64,000 nucleotides of DNA from Yuukianura sp. NJ FZ-2021 (Eukaryota), in the NCBI GenBank assembly GCA_046563655.1, contig CM102287.1, positions 1,984,001-2,048,000 of the forward strand, given 5' to 3'. The translations under genes were made by a program, and so were the position numbers. Each line of letters opens with the position of its first letter. Position 1 is the stretch's first letter. This document shows positions 1-12,600 of the stretch, piece after piece. The notes under the pieces were generated by a model. That model searched no databases and was not told where the DNA came from. It saw only the letters and a list, made by a program, of their open reading frames with translations.

Positions 1-416
1 ATGTGGTTCACTGGGTGATTTTGTCGTTGATGCAGTACGACAAAGTGGACCGGTATTTGATGCATAAGATAAAGATGGTTATCAACGGTAACAAAGGTAA
101 ATTCCATGTTTTAGTGTTTCAGGCTTTGTTGTATAGTTCACCACTTAGTTAAACCTAAATGACTGTTAGATTTATGCACTTGTTGCATAGTAAAGTTGTG
201 CTAAAATAAAATTTCGGATTGTTTTTGGACACAAGTTATTAAGATGTCCTTTATTTGAAGTGAACGATGTTAGTAAAACATACAAAAGTATTTCTTGAAA
301 ATTCCAACCAATAATTGCAAATAATGGTGAATGTTCAATTTTTATTTGGAAAGTGTTATAATCGAATATTCCCTGAAATTCCATAGGCAACTGAGTGATC
401 GTGATTCCTAGTATCA

Positions 417-483
417 AAGTGAGAACTCCTGGTTGGTATCTGGAGTGAGGGCAAGCTCGACATTTCACCGGCACTTCTCGTTT
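417..483 (+). ncRNA. Candidate pre-miRNA-like hairpin A (one per 508-bp unit; first complete copy given)
   Basis: Manual pairing: AAGTGAGAACTCCTGGTTGGTATCTGGAGT with GCTCGACATTTCACCGGCACTTCTCGTTT gives a ~29-position stem with 5 mismatches, 1 bulge and 5 G-U pairs; 8-nt loop GAGGGCAA (447-454). Confidence 0.45.
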
Positions 484-508
484 GTGCTCAAAGATGAACC
501 CTGACAAC

Positions 509-573
509 ATGTGGTTCACTGGGTGATTTTGTCGTTGATGCAGTACGACAAAGTGGACCGGTATTTGATGCAT
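509..573 (+). ncRNA. Candidate pre-miRNA-like hairpin B (one per unit)
   Basis: ACTGGGTGATTTTGTCGT (518-535) pairs with ACGACAAAGTGGACCGGT (545-562) around a 9-nt loop, with basal ATGTG/TGCAT pairing; between-copy substitutions fall mainly in the loop. Confidence 0.45.
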
Positions 574-582
574 AACATAAAG

Positions 583-653
583 ATGGTTATCAACGGTAAC
601 AAAGGTAAATTCCATGTTTTAGTGTTTCAGGCTTTGTTGTATAGTTCACCCAT
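583..653 (+). ncRNA. Candidate hairpin C (one per unit; weaker fold)
   Basis: ATGG/CCAT, AAC/GTT and GTAACAAAG (596-604)/CTTTGTTGT (632-640) pair in nested order, with several internal loops. Confidence 0.28.
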
Positions 654-3600
654 TAGTTAAACCTAAATGACTATTAGATTTATGCACTTGTTGCATAGTA
701 GAGTTGTGCTAAAATAGAATTTCGGACTGTTTTTGGACACAAGTTATTAAGATGTCCTTTATTTGAAGTGAACGATGTTAGTAAAACATACAAAAGTATT
801 TCTTGAAAATTCCAACCAATAATTGCAAATAATGGTGAATGTTCAATTTTGATTTGGAAAGTGTTATAATCGAATATTCCCTGAAATTCCATAGGCAACT
901 GAGTGATCGTGATTCCTAGTATCAAAGTGAGAACTCCTGGTTGGTATCTGGAGTGAGGGCAAGCTCGACATTTCACCGGCACTTCTCGTTTGTGCTCAAA
1001 GATGAACCCTGACAACATGTGGTTCACTGGGTGATTTTGTCGTTGATGCAGTACGACAAAGTGGACCGGTATTTGATGCATAACATAAAGATGGTTATCA
1101 ACGGTAACAAAGGTAAATTCCATGTTTTAGTGTTTCAGGCTTTGTTGTATAGTTCACCCATTAGTTAAACCTAAATGACTATTAGATTTATGCACTTGTT
1201 GCATAGTAGAGTTGTGCTAAAATAGAATTTCGGACTGTTTTTGGACACAAGTTATTAAGATGTCCTTTATTTGAAGTGAACGATGTTAGTAAAACATACA
1301 AAAGTATTTCTTGAAAATTCCAACCAATAATTGCAAATAATGGTGAATGTTCAATTTTGATTTGGAAAGTGTTATAATCGAATATTCCCTGAAATTCCAT
1401 AGGCAACTGAGTGATCGTGATTCCTAGTATCAAAGTGAGAACTCCTGGTTGGTATCTGGAGTGAGGGCAAGCTCGACATTTCACCGGCACTTCTCGTTTG
1501 TGCTCAAAGATGAACCCTGACAACATGTGGTTCACTGGGTGATTTTGTCGTTGATGCAGTACGACAAAGTGGACCGGTATTTGATGCATAAGATAAAGAT
1601 GGTTATCAACGGTAACAAAGGTAAATTCCATGTTTTAGTGTTTCAGGCTTTGTTGTATAGTTCACCCATTAGTTAAACCTAAATGGCTATGAGATTTATG
1701 CACTTGTAGCATAGTAGAGTTGTGCTAAAATAAAATTTCGGATTGTTGTTGGACACAAGTTATTAAGATGTCCTTTATTTGAAGTGAACGATGTTAGTAA
1801 AACATACAAAAGTATTTCTTGAAAATTCCAACCAATAATTGCAAATAATGGTGAATGTTCAATTTTGATTTGGAAAGTGTTATAATCGAATATTCCCTGA
1901 AATTCCATAGGCAACTGAGTGATCGTGATTCCTAGTATCAAAGTGAGAACTCCTGGTTGGTATCTGGAGTGAGGGCAAGCTCGACATTTCACCGGCACTT
2001 CTCGTTTGTGCTCAAAGATGAACCCTGACAACATGTGGTTCACTGGGTGATTTTGTCGTTGATGCAGTACGACAAAGTGGACCGGTATTTGATGCATAAC
2101 ATAAAGATGGTTATCAACGGTAACAAAGGTAAATTCCATGTTTTAGTGTTTCAGGCTTTGTTGTATAGTTCACCCATTAGTTAAACCTAAATGACTATTA
2201 GATTTATGCACTTGTTGCATAGTAGAGTTGTGCTAAAATAGAATTTCGGACTGTTTTTGGACACAAGTTATTAAGATGTCCTTTATTTGAAGTGAACGAT
2301 GTTAGTAAAACATACAAAAGTATTTCTTGAAAATTCCAACCAATAATTGCAAATAATGGTGAATGTTCAATTTTGATTTGGAAAGTGTTATAATCGAATA
2401 TTCCCTGAAATTCCATAGGCAACTGAGTGATCGTGATTCCTAGTATCAAAGTGAGAACTCCTGGTTGGTATCTGGAGTGAGGGCAAGCTCGACATTTCAC
2501 CGGCACTTCTCGTTTGTGCTCAAAGATGAACCCTGACAACATGTGGTTCACTGGGTGATTTTGTCGTTGATGCAGTACGACAAAGTGGACCGGTATTTGA
2601 TGCATAACATAAAGATGGTTATCAACGGTAACAAAGGTAAATTCCATGTTTTAGTGTTTCAGGCTTTGTTGTATAGTTCACCCATTAGTTAAACCTAAAT
2701 GACTATTAGATTTATGCACTTGTTGCATAGTAGAGTTGTGCTAAAATAGAATTTCGGACTGTTTTTGGACACAAGTTATTAAGATGTCCTTTATTTGAAG
2801 TGAACGATGTTAGTAAAACATACAAAAGTATTTCTTGAAAATTCCAACCAATAATTGCAAATAATGGTGAATGTTCAATTTTGATTTGGAAAGTGTTATA
2901 ATCGAATATTCCCTGAAATTCCATAGGCAACTGAGTGATCGTGATTCCTAGTATCAAAGTGAGAACTCCTGGTTGGTATCTGGAGTGAGGGCAAGCTCGA
3001 CATTTCACCGGCACTTCTCGTTTGTGCTCAAAGATGAACCCTGACAACATGTGGTTCACTGGGTGATTTTGTCGTTGATGCAGTACGACAAAGTGGACCG
3101 GTATTTGATGCATAACATAAAGATGGTTATCAACGGTAACAAAGGTAAATTCCATGTTTTAGTGTTTCAGGCTTTGTTGTATAGTTCACCCATTAGTTAA
3201 ACCTAAATGCCTGTTAGATTTATGCACTTGTAGCATAGTAGAGATGTGCTAAAGTAAAATTTCGGATTGTTGTTGGACACAAGTTATTCAGATGTCCTTT
3301 ATTTGAAGTGAACGATGTTAGTAAAACATACTAAAGTATTTCGTAAAAATTCCAACCAATAATTGCAAATAATGTTGAATGTTCAATTTTGATTTGGAAA
3401 GTGTTATAATCGAATATTCCCTGAAATTCCATAGGCAACTGAGTGATCGTGATTCCTAGTATCAAAGTGAGAACTCCTGGTTGGTATCTGGAGTGAGGGC
3501 AAGCTCGACATTTCACCGGCACTTCTCGTTTGTGCTCAAAGATGAACCCTGACAACATGTGGTTCACTGGGTGATTTTGTCGTTTATACACTACGACAAA

Positions 3601-6600
3601 GTGGACCGGTATTTGATGCATAACATAAAGATGGTTATCAACGGTAACAAAGGTAAATTCCATGTTTTAGTGTTTCAGGCTTTGTTGTATAGTTCACCCA
3701 TTAGTTAAACCTAAATGGCTGTTAGATTTATGCACTTGTAGCATAGTAGAGTTGTGCTAAAATAAAATTTCGGATTGTTGTTGGACACAAGTTATTAAGA
3801 TGTCCTTTATTTGAAGTGAACGATGTTAGTAAAACATACAAAAGTATTTCTTGAAAATTCCAACCAATAATAGCAAATAATGTTGAATATTCAATTTTTA
3901 TTTGGAAAGTGTTATAATCGAATATTCCCTGAAATTCCATAGGCAACTGAGTGATCGTGATTCCTAGTATCAAAGTGAGAACTCCTGGTTGGTATCTGGA
4001 GTGAGGGCAAGCTCGACATTTCACCGGCACTTCTCGTTTGTGCTCAAAGATGAACCCTGACAACATGTGGTTCACTGGGTGATTTTGTCGTTGATGCAGT
4101 ACGACAAAGTGGACCGGTATTTGATGCATAAGATAAAGATGGTTATCAACGGTAACAAAGGTAAATTCCATGTTTTAGTGTTTCAGGCTTTGTTGTATAG
4201 TTCACCCATTAGTTAAACCTAAATGACTATTAGATTTATGCACTTGTTGCATAGTAGAGTTGTGCTAAAATAAAATTTCGCACTGTTTTTGGACACAAGT
4301 TATTAAGATGTCCTTTATTTGAAGTGAACGATGTTAGTAAAACATACAAAAGTATTTCTTGAAAATTCCAACCAATAATTGCAAATAATGGTGAATGTTC
4401 AATTTTGATTTGGAAAGTGTTATAATCGAATATTCCCTGAAATTCCATAGGCAACTGAGTGATCGTGATTCCTAGTATCAAAGTGAGAACTCCTGGTTGG
4501 TATCTGGAGTGAGGGCAAGCTCGACATTTCACCGGCACTTCTCGTTTGTGCTCAAAGATGAACCCTGACAACATGTGGTTCACTGGGTGATTTTGTCGTT
4601 GATGCAGTACGACAAAGTGGACCGGTATTTGATGCATAACATAAAGATGGTTATCAACGGTAACAAAGGTAAATTCCATGTTTTAGTGTTTCAGGCTTTG
4701 TTGTATAGTTCACCCATTAGTTAAACCTAAATGGCTATTAGATTTATGCACTTGTTGCATAGTAGAGTTGTGCTAAAATAGAATTTCGGACTGTTTTTGG
4801 ACACAAGTTATTCAGATGTCCTTTAGTTGAAGTGAACGATGTTAGTAAAACATACAAAAGTATTTCTTGAAAATTCCAACCAATAATAGCAAATAATGTT
4901 GAATGTTCAATTTTGATTTAGAAAGTGTTATAATCGAATATTCCCTGAAATTCCATAGGCAACTGAGTGATCGTGATTCCTAGTATCAAAGTGAGAACTC
5001 CTGGTTGGTATCTGGAGTGAGGGCAAGCTCGACATTTCACCGGCACTTCTCGTTTGTGCTCAAAGATGAACCCTGACAACATGTGGTTCACTGGGTGATT
5101 TTGTCGTTGATGCAGTACGACAAAGTGGACCGGTATTTGATGCATAACATAAAGATGGTTATCAACGGTAACAAAGGTAAATTCCATGTTTTAGTGTTTC
5201 AGGCTTTGTTGTATAGTTCACCCATTAGTTAAACCTAAATGGCTATTAGATTTATGCACTTGTTGCATAGTAGAGTTGTGCTAAAATAGAATTTCGGACT
5301 GTTGTTGGACACAAGTTATTCAGATGTCCTTTAGTTGAAGTGAACGATGTTAGTAAAACATACAAAAGTATTTCGTAAAAATTCCAACCAATAATTGCAA
5401 ATAATGTTGAATGTTCAATTTTGATTTGGAAAGTGTTATAATCGAATATTCCCTGAAATTCCATAGGCAACTGAGTGATCGTGATTCCTAGTATCAAAGT
5501 GAGAACTCCTGGTTGGTATCTGGAGTGAGGGCAAGCTCGACATTTCACCGGCACTTCTCGTTTGTGCTCAAAGATGAACCCTGACAACATGTGGTTCACT
5601 GGGTGATTTTGTCGTTGATGCAGTACGACAAAGTGGACCGGTATTTGATGCATAACATAAAGATGGTTATCAACGGTAACAAATGTAAATTCCATGTTTT
5701 AGTGTTTCAGGCTTTGTTGTATAGTTCACCCATTAGTTAAACCTAAATGGCTATTAGATTTATGCACTTGTAGCATAGTAGAGTTGTGCTAAAATAAAAT
5801 TTCGGATTGTTGTTGGACACAAGTTATTCAGATGTCCTTTAGTTGAAGTGAACGATGTTAGTAAAACATACAAAAGTATTTCATAAAAATTCCAACCAAT
5901 AATAGCAAATAATGTTGAATGTTCAATTTTGATTTAGGAAATGTTATAATCGAATATTCCTTGGAATTCCATAGGCAACTGAGTGATCGTGATTCCTAGT
6001 ATCAAAGTGAGAACTCCTGGTTGGTATCTGGAGTGAGGGCAAGCTCGACATTTCACCGGCACTTCTCGTTTGTGCTCAAAGATGAACCCTGACAACATGT
6101 GGTTCACTGGGTGATTTTGTCGTTGATGCAGTACGACAAAGTGGACCGGTATTTGATGCATACAATGAAGATGGTTATCAACGGTAACAAAGGTAAATTC
6201 CATGTTTTAGTGTTTCAGGCTTTGTTGTATAGTTCACCCATTAGTTAAACCTAAATGGCTATTAGATTTATGCACTTGTTGCATAGTAGAGTTGTGCTAA
6301 AATAGAATTTCGCACTGTTTTTGGACACAAGTTATTTAGATGTCCTTTATTTGATGCGAACGATGTTAGTAAAACATACAAAAGTATTTCTTGAAAATTC
6401 CAACCAATAATAGCAAATAATGTTGAATGTTCAATTTTGATTTGGAAAGTGTTATAATCGAATATTCCCTGAAATTCCATAGGCAACTGAGTGATCGTGA
6501 TTCCTAGTATCAAAGTGAGAACTCCTGGTTGGTATCTGGAGTGAGGGCAAGCTCGACATTTCACCGGCACTTCTCGTTTGTGCTCAAAGATGAACCCTGA

Positions 6601-9600
6601 CAACATGTGGTTCACTGGGTGATTTTGTCGTTGATGCAGTACGACAAAGTGGACCGGTATTTGATGCATAAGATAAAGATGGTTATCAACGGTAACAAAG
6701 GTAAATTCCATGTTTTAGTGTTTCAGGCTTTGTTGTATAGTTCACCCATTAGTTAAACCTAAATGGCTATTAGATTTATGCACTTGTTGCATAGTAGAGT
6801 TGTGCTAAAATAGAATTTCGGACTGTTTTTGGACACAAGTTATTCAGATGTCCTTTATTTGAAGTGAACGATGTTAGTAAAACATACAAAAGTATTTCTT
6901 GAAAATTCCAACCAATAATAGCAAATAATGTTGAATGTTCAATTTTGATTTGGAAAGTGTTATAATCGAATATTCCCTGAAATTCCATAGGCAACTGAGT
7001 GATCGTGATTCCTAGTATCAAAGTGAGAACTCCTGGTTGGTATCTGGAGTGAGGGCAAGCTCGACATTTCACCGGCACTTCTCGTTTGTGCTCAAAGATG
7101 AACCCTGACAACATGTGGTTCACTGGGTGATTTTGTCGTTGATGCAGTACGACAAAGTGGACCGGTATTTGATGCATAACATAAAGATGGTTATCAACGG
7201 TAACAAAGGTAAATTCCATGTTTTAGTGTTTCAGGCTTTGTTGTATAGTTCACCCATTAGTTAAACCTAAATGGCTATTAGATTTATGCACTTGTTGCAT
7301 AGTAGAGTTGTGCTAAAATAGAATTTCGGACTGTTTTTGGACACAAGTTATTTAGATGTCCTTTATTTGATGCGAACGATGTTAGTAAAACATACAAAAG
7401 TATTTCGTAAAAATTCCAACCAATAATAGCAAATAATGTTGAATGTTCAATTTTGATTTGGAAAGTGTTATAATCGAATATTCCCTGAAATTCCATAGGC
7501 AACTGAGTGATCGTGATTCCTAGTATCAAAGTGAGAACTCCTGGTTGGTATCTGGAGTGAGGGCAAGCTCGACATTTCACCGGCACTTCTCGTTTGTGCT
7601 CAAAGATGAACCCTGACAACATGTGGTTCACTGGGTGATTTTGTCGTTGATGCAGTACGACAAAGTGGACCGGTATTTGATGCATATCATAAAGATGGTT
7701 ATCAACGGTAACAAAGGTAAATTCCATGTTTTAGTGTTTCAGGCTTTGTTGTATAGTTCACCCATTAGTTAAACCTAAATGACTATTAGATTTATGCACT
7801 TGTTGCATAGTAGAGTTGTGCTAAAATAGAATTTCGGACTGTTTTTGGACACAAGTTATTTAGATGTCCTTTATTTGAAGTGAACGATGTTAGTAAAACA
7901 TACAAAAGTATTTCTTGAAAATTCCAACCAATAATAGCAAATAATGTTGAATGTTCAATTTTGATTTGGAAAGTGTTATAATCGAATATTCCCTGAAATT
8001 CCATAGGCAACTGAGTGATCGTGATTCCTAGTATCAAAGTGAGAACTCCTGGTTGGTATCTGGAGTGAGGGCAAGCTCGACATTTCACCGGCACTTCTCG
8101 TTTGTGCTCAAAGATGAACCCTGACAACATGTGGTTCACTGGGTGATTTTGTCGTTGATGCAGTACGACAAAGTGGACCGGTATTTGATGCATAACATAA
8201 AGATGGTTATCAACGGTAACAAAGGTAAATTCCATGTTTTAGTGTTTCAGGCTTTGTTGTATAGTTCACCCATTAGTTAAACCTAAATGGCTATTAGATT
8301 TATGCACTTGTTGCATAGTAGAGTTGTGCTAAAATAGAATTTCGGACTGTTTTTGGACACAAGTTATTTAGATGTCCTTTATTTGATGCGAACGATGTTA
8401 GTAAAACATACAAAAGTATTTCGTAAAAATTCCAACCAATAATAGCAAATAATGTTGAATGTTCAATTTTGATTTGGAAAGTGTTATAATCGAATATTCC
8501 CTGAAATTCCATAGGCAACTGAGTGATCGTGATTCCTAGTATCAAAGTGAGAACTCCTGGTTGGTATCTGGAGTGAGGGCAAGCTCGACATTTCACCGGC
8601 ACTTCTCGTTTGTGCTCAAAGATGAACCCTGACAACATGTGGTTCACTGGGTGATTTTGTCGTTGATGCAGTACGACAAAGTGGACCGGTATTTGATGCA
8701 TAAGATAAAGATGGTTATCAACGGTAACAAAGGTAAATTCCATGTTTTAGTGTTTCAGGCTTTGTTGTATAGTTCACCCATTAGTTAAACCTAAATGACT
8801 ATTAGATTTATGCACTTGTTGCATAGTAGAGTTGTGCTAAAATAGAATTTCGGACTGTTTTTGGACACAAGTTATTTAGATGTCCTTTATTTGAAGTGAA
8901 CGATGTTAGTAAAACATACAAAAGTATTTCTTGAAAATTCCAACCAATAATAGCAAATAATGTTGAATGTTCAATTTTGATTTGGAAAGTGTTATAATCG
9001 AATATTCCCTGAAATTCCATAGGCAACTGAGTGATCGTGATTCCTAGTATCAAAGTGAGAACTCCTGGTTGGTATCTGGAGTGAGGGCAAGCTCGACATT
9101 TCACCGGCACTTCTCGTTTGTGCTCAAAGATGAACCCTGACAACATGTGGTTCACTGGGTGATTTTGTCGTTGATGCAGTACGACAAAGTGGACCGGTAT
9201 TTGATGCATACCATGAAGATGGTTATCAACGGTAACAAAGGTAAATTCCATGTTTTAGTGTTTCAGGCTTTGTTGTATAGTTCACCCATTAGTTAAACCT
9301 AAACGACTGTTAGATTTATGCACTTGTAGCATAGTAGAGTTGTGCGAAAGTAAAATTTCGGATTGTTGTTGGACACAAGTTATTCAGATGTCCTTTATTT
9401 GAAGTGAACGATGTTAGTAAAACATAGAAAAGTATTTCATAAAAATTCCAACCAATAATAGCAAATAATGTTGAATGTTCAATTTTGATTTAGAAAATGT
9501 TATAATCGAATATTCCCTGAAATTCCATAGGCAACTGAGTGATCGTGATTCCTAGTATCAAAGTGAGAACTCCTGGTTGGTATCTGGAGTGAGGGCAAGC

Positions 9601-12600
9601 TCGACATTTCACCGGCACTTCTCGTTTGTGCTCAAAGATGAACCCTGACAACATGTGGTTCACTGGGTGATTTTGTCGTTGATGCAGTACGACAAAGTGG
9701 ACCGGTATTTGATGCATAACATAAAGATGGTTATCAACGGTAACAAAGGTAAATTCCATGTTTTAGTGTTTCAGGCTTTGTTGTATAGTTCACCCATTAG
9801 TTAAACCTAAATGACTATTAGATTTATGCACTTGTTGCATAGTAGAGTTGTGCTAAAATAAAATTTCGGACTGTTTTTGGACACAAGTTATTTAAGATGT
9901 CCTTTATTTGAAGTGAACGATGTTAGTAAAACATACAAAAGTATTTCTTGAAAATTCCAACCAATAATTGCAAATAATGTTGAATGTTCAATTTTGATTT
10001 GGAAAGTGTTATAATCGAATATTCCCTGAAATTCCATAGGCAACTGAGTGATCGTGATTCCTAGTATCAAAGTGAGAACTCCTGGTTGGTATCTGGAGTG
10101 AGGGCAAGCTCGACATTTCACCGGCACTTCTCGTTTGTGCTCAAAGATGAACCCTGACAACATGTGGTTCACTGGGTGATTTTGTCGTTGATGCAGTACG
10201 ACAAAGTGGACCGGTATTTGATGCATAACATAAAGATGGTTATCAACGGTAACAAAGGTAAATTCCATGTTTTAGTGTTTCAGGCTTTGTTGTATAGTTC
10301 ACCCATTAGTTAAACCTAAATGATTGTTAGATTTATGCACTTGTAGCATAGTAGAATTGTGCGAAAGTAAAATTTTGGATTGTTGTTGGACACAAGTTAT
10401 TCAGATGTCCTTTATTTGAAGTGAACGATGTTAGTAAAACATACAAAAGTATTTCTTGAAAATTCCAACCAATAATAGCAAATAATGTTGAATGTTCAAT
10501 TTTGATTTGGAAGGCGTTATAATCGAATATTCCCTGAAATTCCATAGGCAACTGAGTGATCGTGATTCCTAGTATCAAAGTGAGAACTCCTGGTTGGTAT
10601 CTGGAGTGAGGGCAAGCTCGACATTTCACCGGCACTTCTCGTTTGTGCTCAAAGATGAACCCTGACAACATGTGGTTCACTGGGTGATTTTGTCGTTGAT
10701 GCAGTACGACAAAGTGGACCGGTATTTGATGCATAACATAAAGATGGTTATCAACGGTAACAAAGGTAAATTCCATGTTTTAGTGTTTCAGGCTTTGTTG
10801 TATAGTTCACCCATTAGTTAAACCTAAATGACTATTAGATTTATGCACTTGTTGCATAGTAGAGTTGTGCTAAAATAAAATTTTGGATTGTTGTTGGACA
10901 CAAGTTATTTAAGATGTCCTTTATTTGAAGTGAACGATGTTAGTAAAACATACAAAAGTATTTCTTGAAAATTCCAACCAATAATAGCAAATAATGTTGA
11001 ATGTTCAATTTTGATTTGGAAAGCGTCATAATCGAATATTCCCTGAAATTCCATAGGCAACTGAGTGATCGTGATTCCTAGTATCAAAGTGAGAACTCCT
11101 GGTTGGTATCTGGAGTGAGGGCAAGCTCGACATTTCACCGGCACTTCTCGTTTGTGCTCAAAGATGAACCCTGACAACATGTGGTTCACTGGGTGATTTT
11201 GTCGTTGATGCAGTACGACAAAGTGGACCGGTATTTGATGCATAACATAAAGATGGTTATCAACGGTAACAAAGGTAAATTCCATGTTTTAGTGTTTCAG
11301 GCTTTGTTGTATAGTTCACCCATTAGTTAAACCTACATGACTGTTAGATTTATGCACTTGTTGCATAGTAGAGTTGTGCTAAAATAGAATTTCGGACTGT
11401 TTTTGGACACAAGTTATTTAGATGTCCTTTATTTGAAGTGAACGATGTTAGTAAAACATACAAAATATTTCTTGAAAATTCCAAGCAATAATAGCAAATA
11501 ATGTTGAATGTTCAATTTTGATTTGGAAGGCGTTATAATCGAATATTCCCTGAAATTCCATAGGCAACTGAGTGATCGTGATTCCTAGTATCAAAGTGAG
11601 AACTCCTGGTTGGTATCTGGAGTGAGGGCAAGCTCGACATTTCACCGGCACTTCTCGTTTGTGCTCAAAGATGAACCCTGACAACATGTGGTTCACTGGG
11701 TGATTTTGTCGTTGATGCAGTACGACAAAGTGGACCGGTATTTGATGCATAACATAAAGATGGTTATCAACGGTAACAAAGGTAAATTCCATGTTTTAGT
11801 GTTTCAGGCTTTGTTGTATAGTTCACCCATTAGTTAAACCTAAATGACTATTAGATTTATGCACTTGTTGCATAGTAGAGTTGTGCTAAAATAGAATTTC
11901 GGACTGTTGTTGGACACAAGTTATTCAGATGTCCTTTATTTGAAGTGAACGATGTTAGTAAAACATACAAAAGTATTTCTTAAAAATTCCAACCAATAAT
12001 AGCAAATAATGTTGAATGTTCAATTTTGATTTGGAAAGTGTTATAATCGAATATTCCCTGAAATTCCATAGGCAACTGAGTGATCGTGATTCCTAGTATC
12101 AAAGTGAGAACTCCTGGTTGGTATCTGGAGTGAGGGCAAGCTCGACATTTCACCGGCACTTCTCGTTTGTGCTCAAAGATGAACCCTGACAACATGTGGT
12201 TCACTGGGTGATTTTGTCGTTGATGCAGTACGACAAAGTGGACCGGTATTTGATGCATAACATAAAGATGGTTATCAACGGTAACAAAGGTAAATTCCAT
12301 GTTTTAGTGTTTCAGGCTTTGTTGTATAGTTCACCCATTAGTTAAACCTAAATGGCTATTAGATTTATGCACTTGTTGCATAGTAGAGTTGTGCTAAAAT
12401 AGAATTTCGGACTGTTTTTGGACACAAGTTATTTAGATGTCCTTTATTTGATGCGAACGATGTTAGTAAAACATACAAAAGTATTTCGTAAAAATTCCAA
12501 CCAATAATAGCAAATAATGTTGAATGTTCAATTTTGATTTGGAAAGTGTTATAATCGAATATTCCCTGAAATTCCATAGGCAACTGAGTGATCGTGATTC

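Noticed and set aside
471..500. U2 snRNA 5'-end similarity (CTTCTCG...AAGAT) or an SL RNA/5S/tRNA array
   Set aside because: Lacks the U2 GTGTAGTA branch-pairing region; no Sm site placed just after the donor-like site; no 5S or tRNA boxes recognised
1..508. Hammerhead ribozyme or retrozyme satellite
   Set aside because: No CUGANGA...GAAA core found on either strand by eye
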